Made by a program: the position numbers and the translations under genes
Notes under the pieces: generated by a model
Database searches by the model: none
What the model saw: only the letters and a program-made list of their open reading frames with translations
What the model was told of the DNA's origin: nothing
Shown here: one piece after another, positions 9,032-18,313 of the stretch
Layout of the letters: every line of letters starts with the position of its first letter
Position numbering within the stretch: the first letter of the stretch is position 1
Assembly: GCA_963809875.1 (NCBI GenBank)
Contig: CAWELC010000006.1
Coordinates: forward strand, 512,591-576,590
Origin: an uncultured delta proteobacterium
Lineage (GTDB): Bacteria > Desulfobacterota > Zymogenia > Zymogenales > Zymogenaceae
Reading direction: 5' to 3'
DNA: 64,000 bases

Positions 9032-9610
9032 ATGAAACTCGACCTTCCGGCACAAACGATATTGCTTCCCTCTCCGGTGCTCATCATTGGGACATATGGC
9101 TCCGACGGCAAGCCCAATATCATGAACGCCGCCTGGGGAGGAATCGCGTCAAGCAAGCCGCCCTGTATCAGCGTGTCTCTCAGGGAGGCGACGCTCAGCT
9201 ATCACAACATCAAAGAGACCTCGGCCTTTACCGTAAATATTCCCTCTGAAAAGTATTTCAGGGAGGCCGATTTTGTCGGCATGGTGTCGGGAAGAGAGCA
9301 CGATAAATTCAAGGAGACCGGCCTCACTCCCGAAAAGAGCAAACTGGTCAATGCCCCGATCGTAAAAGAATTTCCCTATGCCCTTGAATGCCGACTGGTC
9401 AGACAGATCGACCTTGGCTCGCACACAATGTTCATCGGAGAAATTGTCGGGATGGTCGCCGACGGCGAGGCTCTCAATCCACATCAGCTTCCGGATATCG
9501 AGAAGGTGCGGCCGATGCTGTGGGGTTCGTTCGGCAGTCCGGCATATTATGGTATCGGCGACAAACTCGGCATCGCGTTCACTGTTGGAAAGGAATTAAA
9601 GCGGAACTAG
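9032..9610 (+). CDS. Flavin reductase-like FMN-binding protein
   Basis: ATG 9032 with GAGGAA RBS. PVLIIGTYGSDGKPNIMNAAWGG...HTMFIGEIV is typical of the flavin reductase domain. Confidence 0.75.
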   Translation: MKLDLPAQTILLPSPVLIIGTYGSDGKPNIMNAAWGGIASSKPPCISVSLREATLSYHNIKETSAFTVNIPSEKYFREADFVGMVSGREHDKFKETGLTPEKSKLVNAPIVKEFPYALECRLVRQIDLGSHTMFIGEIVGMVADGEALNPHQLPDIEKVRPMLWGSFGSPAYYGIGDKLGIAFTVGKELKRN

Positions 9611-9631
9611 ACTCGTTTGGAGGAGGACGGC

Positions 9632-10691
9632 ATGAAAAAGACCCCGTTACCGGAAAAGAGGCTCTCGTTCGTCGACCGGTACCTGACGCTCTGGATATTC
9701 ATCGCCATGGCGGCGGGCATCGCGATCGGAAACTTCTGGCCCTCGGTGACCGATGCTATCTCGAGGATGCAGGTGGGCACCACGTCCATCCCCATCGCCG
9801 TGGGGCTCATCCTCATGATGTACCCGCCGCTGGCAAGGGTCAAGTACGAAGAGATGGGGAGGATCTTTCACCATAAGAAGCTCTTGGCTTTATCGCTCAT
9901 TCAAAACTGGATCGTCGGGCCGCTGTTCATGTTCGGGCTTGCGATCCTGTTTCTCCATAACTATCCCCATTATATGATCGGGGTGATCCTCGTGGGCCTG
10001 GCGCGGTGCATCGCCATGGTCATCGTCTGGAACGAGCTGGCCGGCGGCGACCGGGAGCTGGCGGTGGGCCTGGTGGCCTTTAACGCCGTCTTCCAGGTCC
10101 TCTTTTACGCCGTTCTTATCTACCTCTTCATCACGGTGGGGCTCAACCGGCTGGGGCTTGTTGAGGGAGTCCAGGCGCACATCTCTTTTTGGGACGCGGC
10201 CAAGACGGTCTTCGTCTACCTCGGGATACCCTTTGTCTCGGGAATCATCACGCGATTTTCACTGCTGAAGCTCAAGGGAAAGGAGTGGTACGAAAACGTC
10301 TTTGCCCCGCGGATCGGGCCGATCACGCTGGTCGCCCTGCTTTTTACGATCGTGGTGATGTTCTCGCTGAAGGGCGCATATATTATCGACCGGCCCCTGG
10401 ACGTGCTGATCATCGCCGTGCCCCTGGTCATCTACTTCCTGGTCATGTGGTTTGTCACCTACTTACATCGCGTACAAGATCGGCGCCAACTATGGGCAGT
10501 CGACGGCGGTCTCGTTTACGGCGGCCAGCAACGATTTCGAGCTTGCCATAGCGGTGGCCGTGGCAATCTTCGGGATCTCGTCCAATGAGGCGTTTGCCAC
10601 GGTCATCGGGCCGCTGTTGGAGGTGCCGATCCTGATTTCACTGGTCAACGTGGCGCTGCGCTTCAAGACGCGTCTCTTCGCGCGGGCCTGA
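9632..10691 (+). pseudogene. acr3: ACR3-family arsenite efflux transporter, +1 frame break near 10460-10470
   Basis: ATG 9632 with [24 protein letters not shown]...[13 protein letters not shown]. The C-terminal 75 aa ([36 protein letters not shown]...) are in the next frame (ORF 10452..10691). Confidence 0.85.
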
Positions 10692-10720
10692 CACGCGGCC
10701 GCGAAGCCGCCCGATACACG

Positions 10721-10754
10721 AAATCCCGCCGTCTCACAGACGGCGGGATTTTTT
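10721..10754 (+). terminator. Rho-independent terminator after acr3
   Basis: Perfect 13-bp stem aatcccgccgtct / agacggcgggatt, 3-nt loop, then a T-run. Confidence 0.8.
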
Positions 10755-10804
10755 TGTCGCGGACGGGCCCGCACGATCGGGCGCGGCGTCATGCCGTGCC
10801 GACT

Positions 10805-11749
10805 CTACAACAGCCTCTTTTCTCCCTCTATCGCTTTGATCGGGGCGATATCCTGGGTCACCTCGAGGCACCCGAGGTAGTCGCCCGCCCCGTCCCGCAC
10901 GGCGAAGTAGCGGATGAGGACGAGTTTTTCTCCCATGGGAATCCAGAAATCCGCCTTGTCCAGGGTACCGCTCCTGAAGCCGTCCAGGATCGCCTGGACC
11001 TTGTCGAGGCTCTTCTGTGGGTGGCAATTCTGGACGGTGCGGCCGATGACCGCCTTTGCCCGCGGAAATATACGGTCGGCCGCCTGGTTGAAGTAGCGGA
11101 CCGTATCGTCCTTATCCACGAAGGTTACGTCGACCGGGAGGCGATCCAGGAGCGCCGGAGAGCTGGGCGACCGAGAGACGTCCCCGTTTCGAAGGATGAC
11201 CGTGCCGTCGATTCGGGAGCCGGCAGAAGGGGCGGCGCCGGCATGGGCGGTGTCCGGGGCGGCCGGCGACCGGGGGTAAAGCAGCAGTAGCCCAGCTCGT
11301 CGAACTGCCGCCGTATGTCCGCCCATTCGGGCTCGGGTACGACCCGAAGCGCCGCGGGAAAGAGGATCGAGTTTTCCTTGTTGAAATGGGAAGCCAGGAG
11401 GTCGGCGAGCGCCGAGGCCGTCTCGTAGAGCCGGTGCGCAAACTGCGTCGAAGGGAGCGCTATCGCTATTGTCGATAATCGAGGAGAGCTCCTTTTTCAG
11501 CTTACGGATATCGTCGTGCTCCATCCACATCATCCGTGTCGGCCCGCTTATCCCGTGCTTTTCGATGATCGGGAACAGGACGTTTTCCTCCCTCACGTAG
11601 TGGCTCTCCGACTCGACGAGGTGATCGACGAGATGGCCGATCTCCTCCTTATGGGGCGAGGCGATCCACTGGTCCCGAGCGCCCGTCAGCGCCCCGGCGA
11701 TCGCGACGAGGCGCTCGGAGAAATCGAGCATCAGCTCGTGCTCTTTCAT
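10805..11749 (-). pseudogene. DUF438 / hemerythrin / PAS_10-type sensor protein, several frame changes
   Basis: N-terminal HHE region (HYVREENVLFPIIEKHG...MWMEHDD). The second hemerythrin half (HFNKENSILFPAAL...DELGYCC) reads only in another frame. The C-terminal LPVDVTFVDKDDTVRYFNQ...CHPQKS...LEVTQDI is back in the first frame. Confidence 0.75.
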
Positions 11750-11898
11750 GAGGATAGGATGGGGTGGCCCCTCCGGTGCGGGGATCGGGGGCGTCTTCTT
11801 TCCGGTCGGTCTTCAGTGTGAACGTCGGTCATGGTATGCTCCTTCTTCCCGGGGCGACGGCCGGACTGCCGCATTGGGTCCCCGTGTCTCTCAATCGA

Positions 11899-12632
11899 TC
11901 ACTCCCCGATAAAGATCCGCCGGGCGCGCTGCCCGCCGGCGCCGGTCCGGAAGACCTTGTCGATAGTCGTTTCCCACCATCTGGGACCGGGCGGTCCTTC
12001 TCTTCGTCGGCGAGATTGACCAGGGCGTCGGCGTCCCAGATGATCCGAAACTCGATCGTGTCGATGTCCCGGGCGCTGTGGTGGCTCCCGACGATGCGCA
12101 CGACGTGCTCCACGGTCGCCTCGTCCATCCCGAGCTCCTCCATGATATAGCGGGCGATGGGAGGGCCGAGCTCCTCCTGATATCGGGGAGCCGGCGACCC
12201 GTAGATCCGCTCGGCTTCCTGGATACCGATGTCGTGCAGGAGCGCCGCGGCGGTGACCACCAGCGCGTCTCCTCCCTCGATTGCCCTGACGGCCTCGGCA
12301 TGGGAAAGGACCGAAAGGGCGTGGTGTATCCTTTTTTCGTCGGTGCCGAACTGTTCGACCATCGCCGCGATGAGCCGCGCCCGAAGCGGGGCCGCTCCCG
12401 GGTTTCCCGCGGTCCCGGGCTGGGTGCCCAGGCATTCGGCGGCGTGCCCGCACCACTGCGCGCACCCCGGGCCGACCCTCGGGTTTTCAACCCGGATGCC
12501 GCACCCGCATTTTCGGGAGACATCGTCCTTGAAGAATTCCAGCTTTCCACCGCAGGAAGGGCAGACCACCTCGAAGATGTCTCCCGGTTTCCAGTATCTC
12601 GTGTCCTGTCCGGGACAGATGCCACGCGTCAT
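11899..12632 (-). pseudogene. HD-domain phosphohydrolase with N-terminal zinc ribbon, -1 frame break near 11980
   Basis: CPSCGGKLEFF...CGCG ribbon; HD region LLHDIG...VGSHH. The natural C-terminus WWETTIDKVFRTGAGGQRARRIFIGE* (stop 11899) is in the adjacent frame. Confidence 0.7.
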
Positions 12633-12683
12633 TGTGAGATTCCTCCCTCTACCGTTATCTGTCTTGCTTGACGATCTATTATA

Positions 12684-13475
12684 TCACCGGGAACGGGCGG
12701 TATGCGTGCGTCGGCCGTCATCGATTTCAGCGGGCTCGGAAACAAGCTCGCCCGTCCGGGTCAGGATGACGTGCCCGACCGGGATATCGGTGCCGGCCTG
12801 GGCGACGGCACGATCGGCGATCACCGCCAGGCCGTGACAACAGGGCACCTCCATGTAGGCCACCGTGATCGATGCGGGAGCGGACCGGGCAATTATGTCG
12901 GCCAGGCGCTCGACGGAAGAATCAACGTCGTCAAACTTCGGACATCCCAGCGCCACGCACCTGTTTTTCAGGAGGCGGTTGTGCAGGTTGGGGCATGCCG
13001 CCGCGGCGCAGTCGGCCAGAAGCAGGAGGTCGGCGCCCGCGAGATAGGGCGCTGCCGGGTTGAGGAGCCTGAGCTTGATCGGCCAGTGGGAGAGCTCTGA
13101 GGGATGGTCGCCCGCCGACGCCCCGGACGGGTCGGGCCGGCCCGAGACGTTGAGCGTCATCTCGTGGCTTGCCGGGCATCCGCAGGCAAGGGGAGGAGCG
13201 GCGACACGCGCGGTCGTCTGATCCGTTGTTTTATGCAATCCGGCCGCGGCCTCGTCGAAATCGGGGGCCTGTCGTTCGACGACGGTCAGCGCGCCCGTCG
13301 GGCAGTCGCCGATGCAGGCGCCCAGGCCGTCGCAATAGACGTCGCTCACGAGCTGAGCCTTGCCGTCGACGAGGGCCAGGGCGCCCTCCGCGCAGGCGGC
13401 GATGCACTGGCCGCAACCGTCACAGCGCTCCCGGTCGATCTCAATGATCTTTCTCATTTTCATGGTGGTCTCCAA
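12684..13475 (-). CDS. 4Fe-4S dicluster protein with Cys-rich C-terminal domain
   Basis: CDGCGQCIAAC and CDGLGACIGDCP motifs; C-terminal CPKF...EVPCCHG. The start may be the internal MKM at 13457-13463. Confidence 0.7.
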   Translation of the reverse strand: METTMKMRKIIEIDRERCDGCGQCIAACAEGALALVDGKAQLVSDVYCDGLGACIGDCPTGALTVVERQAPDFDEAAAGLHKTTDQTTARVAAPPLACGCPASHEMTLNVSGRPDPSGASAGDHPSELSHWPIKLRLLNPAAPYLAGADLLLLADCAAAACPNLHNRLLKNRCVALGCPKFDDVDSSVERLADIIARSAPASITVAYMEVPCCHGLAVIADRAVAQAGTDIPVGHVILTRTGELVSEPAEIDDGRRTHTARSR

Positions 13476-13881
13476 AGGCGAAGGTTGTATCTGAAATCAG
13501 TGTGTCGGTCAGGTAGTGTTTCATTTCTTCATTAATCTTCCTGACCAGGCCGCCGAAGATGCAGTTGCCTTCAGCGCACAGAGGGGTCTCGAAGAGACAG
13601 TCGTGGGGCGCGAATTTTCCCTCGATGGCCTCGTATATCGTCATCAGAGGGGTCCGGTCGGCGCCGTCGGCCAGGACAAAGCCGCCCCCCGGCCCGCGGG
13701 TCGATTGGACGAGGCCTTCGCGCGCCAGTCTTCCGAGCACCTTGGCAAGGTGCGCCTCGGAGACGTGCAGGGTAGAGGCAATCTCTTTTGCGGAAAGTGA
13801 TCGTCGATTATCCCCGGCCAGGAGCGCCATCGTGTGGACGGCCAGAGACGCGGCCTGGGAAACCTTGAGAAGGGTCGTCAT
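13441..13881 (-). CDS. Rrf2-family transcriptional regulator
   Basis: wHTH SAKEIASTLHVSEAHLAKVLGRLAREGLVQSTRGPGGGF and a C-terminal Cys cluster (CLFETPLCAEGNC). Confidence 0.85.
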   Translation of the reverse strand: MTTLLKVSQAASLAVHTMALLAGDNRRSLSAKEIASTLHVSEAHLAKVLGRLAREGLVQSTRGPGGGFVLADGADRTPLMTIYEAIEGKFAPHDCLFETPLCAEGNCIFGGLVRKINEEMKHYLTDTLISDTTFAFGDHHENEKDH

Positions 13882-13908
13882 TTCTATCTTGTCTCCGCGT
13901 GAAAAAGT

Positions 13909-13950
13909 GGTAATTAGGTACTATAATACCGTAATTACCCTCGTTGTCAA
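13909..13950 (-). promoter_or_regulatory. Rrf2 gene promoter with overlapping inverted repeat (candidate auto-operator)
   Basis: On the minus strand: TTGACA (13945-13950), 16 nt, TATTAT (13923-13928). The arms ggtaatta (13909-13916) and taattacc (13932-13939) bracket the -10. Confidence 0.45.
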
Positions 13951-14442
13951 GCCAATTCTTGCTCTCTGTGGGTAATGCGGTCCTATTTGGTGCTTCGTCC
14001 TGCATCAACAAAGGGCGATGGATATTACTCACGTAACCCATCCAGTCGTAATACCGAGTTACCGCGGGGGAGCGATTATCGATACGGACCTTCCGGAAAG
14101 GCGAGGCCTTTAGGGCATCTCGGTTGCTGCAATAGGTGGACACGGGGGCAACCCGGGGAATATGCCGGGGTAGACTGGGGTAATGACGGCCGATAAAAAA
14201 AGTCCGTGATGGGAGACGTAATGTATTGCATATATGAATAAATCATCGATAAATTAATTTGCATTTTTATACTGACGGTATAAAATAACAATCCTTACTC
14301 ACCCCACCGGATGCTTGGAAACAATGCTGTCCGCGGCACACAGACGAAAAAGACTCACCCTGCGCTCCTGTCTATTCCTTCGGTCGAAAAATTCCGATTG
14401 GCCTTTTCGATACGATGCCACCACTATTGAGGAGGTTTTGTG

Positions 14443-14985
14443 ATGTCCGATCTGAAACGCGTCAACAGCCCCGAAGATCTGGAAGAGCTCAAGAAGAACC
14501 TGGCCCTCGACGACGACGGGATGCTCACCGTCCTCGGAAAACGGTTTGTCCTGACCCCCCAGGATACGTTCAGCGACATGATGCTGGCGGCCGCCGATCT
14601 CGGCGGCATCAATCTGGCCAAGGTATTCATGCGGCGGGCCGGCTATGAGGCCGCTTTCAAGGTCTCACAGACGATGATCGAGAAGCTGGGCCTCAAGGGC
14701 GAGGCCCTGGTGAGGCACTACACGCGTACGGGCGGCAAGCGCGGCTGGTCTTTCGGTGAGGTAACGGAGTTCGACGGGAGCAAAGGCCTTTTCACCTGCG
14801 AGGCATCCCATTCCCCGTATGTCATCCGTTTTGAAGGAAAATCCAAGGTGACGGTATGTGATTTCCTTGCGGGGGCCTTCGAGGCGATGTGTCACGCGGG
14901 AGGATTTAAGGAGATGCGCATTGTCGAGACCGAGTGCATTGCCAAGGGCGATCCCCGCTGCAGATTCGAGAACAAAACCGCATAG
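14443..14985 (+). CDS. V4R (4-vinyl reductase) domain protein
   Basis: GAGGAGG RBS 7 nt upstream of ATG 14443. C-terminal CDFLAGAFEAMC...ECIAKGDPRCRF is typical of V4R small-molecule-binding domains. Confidence 0.7.
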   Translation: MSDLKRVNSPEDLEELKKNLALDDDGMLTVLGKRFVLTPQDTFSDMMLAAADLGGINLAKVFMRRAGYEAAFKVSQTMIEKLGLKGEALVRHYTRTGGKRGWSFGEVTEFDGSKGLFTCEASHSPYVIRFEGKSKVTVCDFLAGAFEAMCHAGGFKEMRIVETECIAKGDPRCRFENKTA

Positions 14986-15033
14986 ACGATCTTCGGCCGC
15001 GGGAGGTCTCCCCAGCGGCCGCGGGGCGCGCTT

Positions 15034-16200
15034 CTAGCGCATGAGCCTGCGGATCCCCTCGGAAAGCCCGTCGACCGTCAGCTCGTACATCGGGAAGACC
15101 TCCCGCACCATCTCGACCGTGTCGGTGCGGGGCCAGACGTAGGCCGGGCAGGGGTTGAACCATGCGGTCTTTTTGAAATGGTCCCGAATCCTCGCGAGCC
15201 ACTCGAGCCCGGGGACGTCGTTATAATAGAAATAGTGGATCGCCCCGTTGCGGTTCAACAGCTCCGTGGGGGCCATGTCGGCGTCGCCGATGATGATGCA
15301 TTTATAGTCGGACCCGAACTTCTTCAGAAAGTCCCAGGTCGGCAAGCCCGTCCTGCGCCGCATGTCGGTGTAGATGTCCTGATAGACGCAGTTGTGGAAA
15401 TAGAAGTAGTGGAGGTTTCTGATCTGGGCCTTGGCGGCCGAGAAGAGTCGCGAGACGAGCTCTACGTAGGGGTCCATGGAACCGCCGGCGTCCATCAGCA
15501 GGATCACCTTGGCGGCATTGGTTATGCTCTTGACGAATACGAGGTCTATCTCGCCGCCGTCGCGGGCGGTCTTATCGATCGTCTTTTCGAGGGAGAGCTC
15601 ATCCTCGGGGCCTTCCGGAAGGAGTGTCCTGAGCCGGGAGAGGGCGACGCGGATATTGCGCGTGTCCAGTATGAGGTCGGAGTCGTAATTCTTGAAACGT
15701 CGCTCCTCGGCGATCTGGATGGCCCGCTTGTGCCGTGATACCCCCTGGCCGATCCTGACGCCCGTGGGGTGAAAGCCGAAGGCCCCCTGGGTGGACCTGC
15801 CGCCCGTCCCGATGGCGCGGTTGCCCCCCGTGTGTTCCTTGTATCGGCCCTCTTTCCACTGCTGTTCGAAGTTCCTCCGGACGGTCTCAAGGTCGAGCGC
15901 CTCAATGGCGGCCATCTCCTCGGGAGAAAGCGCCAGCGCCTCGACCTTCTTGAGGCCCTTGAGGATTTCGTCGATGATCTGTTCGGGGGTCTGGATACCC
16001 TTGAAGTATGAGGCAAAGGCGAGGTCGTACTTGTCAAACTGGGACTCGTCTTTGACGAGGATCGAGCGGGCAACGGTGTAGAATCTGTCGAGACTGGCCG
16101 CGGTCAGGTTCTTGGACAGCGCCTCGTGCAGGGCCAGCCACTCATGCAGAGTAACCGGGACGCCGTGCGCCTTGAGCTCAAAGAAGAAATCTGTGAACAT
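15034..16200 (-). CDS. VWA-domain protein (CoxE-like)
   Basis: 388 aa. DxSxS-like MIDAS region ILLMDAGGSMD; the N-terminal FFFELKAHGVPVTLHEWL is typical of CoxE-like partners of MoxR ATPases. Confidence 0.75.
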   Translation of the reverse strand: MFTDFFFELKAHGVPVTLHEWLALHEALSKNLTAASLDRFYTVARSILVKDESQFDKYDLAFASYFKGIQTPEQIIDEILKGLKKVEALALSPEEMAAIEALDLETVRRNFEQQWKEGRYKEHTGGNRAIGTGGRSTQGAFGFHPTGVRIGQGVSRHKRAIQIAEERRFKNYDSDLILDTRNIRVALSRLRTLLPEGPEDELSLEKTIDKTARDGGEIDLVFVKSITNAAKVILLMDAGGSMDPYVELVSRLFSAAKAQIRNLHYFYFHNCVYQDIYTDMRRRTGLPTWDFLKKFGSDYKCIIIGDADMAPTELLNRNGAIHYFYYNDVPGLEWLARIRDHFKKTAWFNPCPAYVWPRTDTVEMVREVFPMYELTVDGLSEGIRRLMR

Positions 16201-16264
16201 ATTTTAGACCACCCGGTCGGTCTCACCATCTGTCGGGTGACAACGGCCCGATGTCCCCGTGCTC

Positions 16265-17113
16265 TTATCTGTACTGGGAGCGGTACTTGTCGTAGATCTT
16301 TTCGTTTTCCTTCTGCCGGTCGAGAACCGCAAAGTCCTCGCGCTTCTTGAGCAGCGCGCCCAGAAACGGCATCGTCTCCTCCACCCGCTGGGGGGACACG
16401 CCCCCGACGATGAGGGCGCGGACCCAGTCGACCAGCTCGGAGGTGGACGGCTTCTTTCTGAGGGAATCGAGGGTCCTGATCCAGTAGAACTTCTTGAGGA
16501 CGGCGGCCAAAAGCGCGTCTTCGATATCGGGATAATGGACCCGAATGATATCGATCATCAGCGCCTCTTCGGGGAATTCTATATAGTGGAAGACGCAGCG
16601 CCTGAGGAAGGCGTCCGGCAGCTCCTTTTCGGCGTTTGAGGTGATGATGACGATAGGCCGGTGCCGGGCCGTGATCGTCTCGTCGGTTTCCGGGATATGG
16701 AAGGTCATCACGTCCATCTCGTTGAGGAGGTCATTGGGGAACTCGAGATCGGCCTTGTCGATCTCGTCAATGAGGAGCACGACCTGCTCGTCTGTGGTGA
16801 ACGACTGACCGAGCTTTCCGAGCTTGATATATCTCTTGATGTCGGAGACCTCTCCCTCGCCGAAACGCGCGTCGTTGAGGCGCTGGACGGTATCGTAGAC
16901 GTACAGACCGTCCCTGGCCTTGGTCGTGGATTTGATGTTCCACACGATCATCGGCTTGTTCAGGTTCTCGGCAACGGAGTGGGCAAGCAGGGTCTTGCCC
17001 GTCCCCGGCTCCCCCTTGACGAGCAGCGGCCGTGAGAGCGCGATGGCGACGTTGACGGAATCCATGAGATCCGGTGAAACGATGTAGGTCTTGGTTCCGA
17101 CGTAACTGTTCAT
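16265..17113 (-). CDS. MoxR-family AAA+ ATPase (CoxD-like)
   Basis: Walker A GEPGTGKT, Walker B VLLIDEIDKA, sensor region ITSNAEKELPDAFLRRC. Confidence 0.85.
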   Translation of the reverse strand: MNSYVGTKTYIVSPDLMDSVNVAIALSRPLLVKGEPGTGKTLLAHSVAENLNKPMIVWNIKSTTKARDGLYVYDTVQRLNDARFGEGEVSDIKRYIKLGKLGQSFTTDEQVVLLIDEIDKADLEFPNDLLNEMDVMTFHIPETDETITARHRPIVIITSNAEKELPDAFLRRCVFHYIEFPEEALMIDIIRVHYPDIEDALLAAVLKKFYWIRTLDSLRKKPSTSELVDWVRALIVGGVSPQRVEETMPFLGALLKKREDFAVLDRQKENEKIYDKYRSQYR

Positions 17114-17490
17114 GAGCGCGGTCCTCTAGTTTGGGGTGAAATATAACGATTAAGTATATCAGGTAATCGGCCCCCATTCAAGGGGAAAAAAATCGCCGGA
17201 GCCGTCAAATTTAGCTAAGAAATATCTTGAAAAGGTTCAAAGAAAAGGAATAGAATACGTAGCGTTCCGGGTTGCGCGGACTTGTCCAGACGCGTCAGAA
17301 CTAACCGTACCCGCGCCATTGTCCCCAAAATAAATGCCTGACCATATGTTCTTTCGTCGCTACAAGAATTAGATAAATTTATATATGAAAGACTGATTCG
17401 TGAAAGCGGGTCGATACTTCGGGAAATGCCCGGACGCAATCCCTTTTCAGGCGTTCACCCGGCAGGTCCGGTGATGGGGGCAATTACGCA

Positions 17491-18309
17491 ATGAGCCCGA
17501 GCCCGAATCGTGGGTTTGATACCGCACGAGCGCTTAAACGCCTGGGCGTTACCCGGGGCGACCGTCTCCTGGTCCATTCGAGCCTGAGGCTCCTGGGATG
17601 TGTGGACGGCGGGGCCGATGCCGTCATCGACGCGATCCAGGAGTCCGTCGGGCACGCCGGGACCATCATGATGCCCGCCTTTACGTTTCCTCCCGCCGAG
17701 ATATTCGATCCCGCACATACACCCACGACCATGGGAGCGATCTCGGAGACATTTCGAAAGCGGCCTGACGTAACCAGGAGCATCCATCCCACGCACTCCG
17801 TGGCCATCTGGGGAGCGGACAGGGATCGGCTTGCCGCGGCGCACGAGACCGCCACGGCCCTGGGTGTCGGGTCGCCGGTGCACCTGATGCTCGAGGAAGG
17901 GGGTGATATCATCCTTCTGGGGGTGGGGCACTGGGCGAACTCCGCCGTCCACGTTGCGGAGGCCATAGCGAAAGTCCCGTACCTGGATATTCCCTACAGC
18001 GATCAGTACGCCCACACGCTCCGCTCGCGCCTGCCTGACGGCTCGCTCGCCGAATTTCCGCCGAAGGAAAATCCGGGATGCAGCATCAACTTCACGGCGG
18101 TGGAACAGCCGCTTAAGGAAGCGGGGCTTATTACCTACCACCGCGACGGCAACGCCCTGGTTCAGCGGGTCTCGGGGAGGGGACTCCTGAAGACTATCCC
18201 GAGGCTTCTCGCCGGCGACCCTTTTTTTCTTCTCTGCTCGTGGGATCTCTGTCCGTTCTGCCCAAAGGTGAAAAAGCTATTCTACTCTACACAATCAGGG
18301 GAGGTGTGA
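17491..18309 (+). CDS. AAC(3)-family N-acetyltransferase-like protein
   Basis: LLVHSSLRLLG...GTIMMPAFT...HPTHSVAIWG...ANSAVHVAE matches the aminoglycoside 3-N-acetyltransferase fold pattern. Confidence 0.7.
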   Translation: MSPSPNRGFDTARALKRLGVTRGDRLLVHSSLRLLGCVDGGADAVIDAIQESVGHAGTIMMPAFTFPPAEIFDPAHTPTTMGAISETFRKRPDVTRSIHPTHSVAIWGADRDRLAAAHETATALGVGSPVHLMLEEGGDIILLGVGHWANSAVHVAEAIAKVPYLDIPYSDQYAHTLRSRLPDGSLAEFPPKENPGCSINFTAVEQPLKEAGLITYHRDGNALVQRVSGRGLLKTIPRLLAGDPFFLLCSWDLCPFCPKVKKLFYSTQSGEV

Positions 18310-18313
18310 TACC

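Noticed and set aside
14300-14340. Possible sigma54 promoter (ttggaaacaatgctg) upstream of the V4R gene
   Set aside because: The GG-to-GC spacing is about 3 nt too short relative to the TGGCAC-N5-TTGC consensus.
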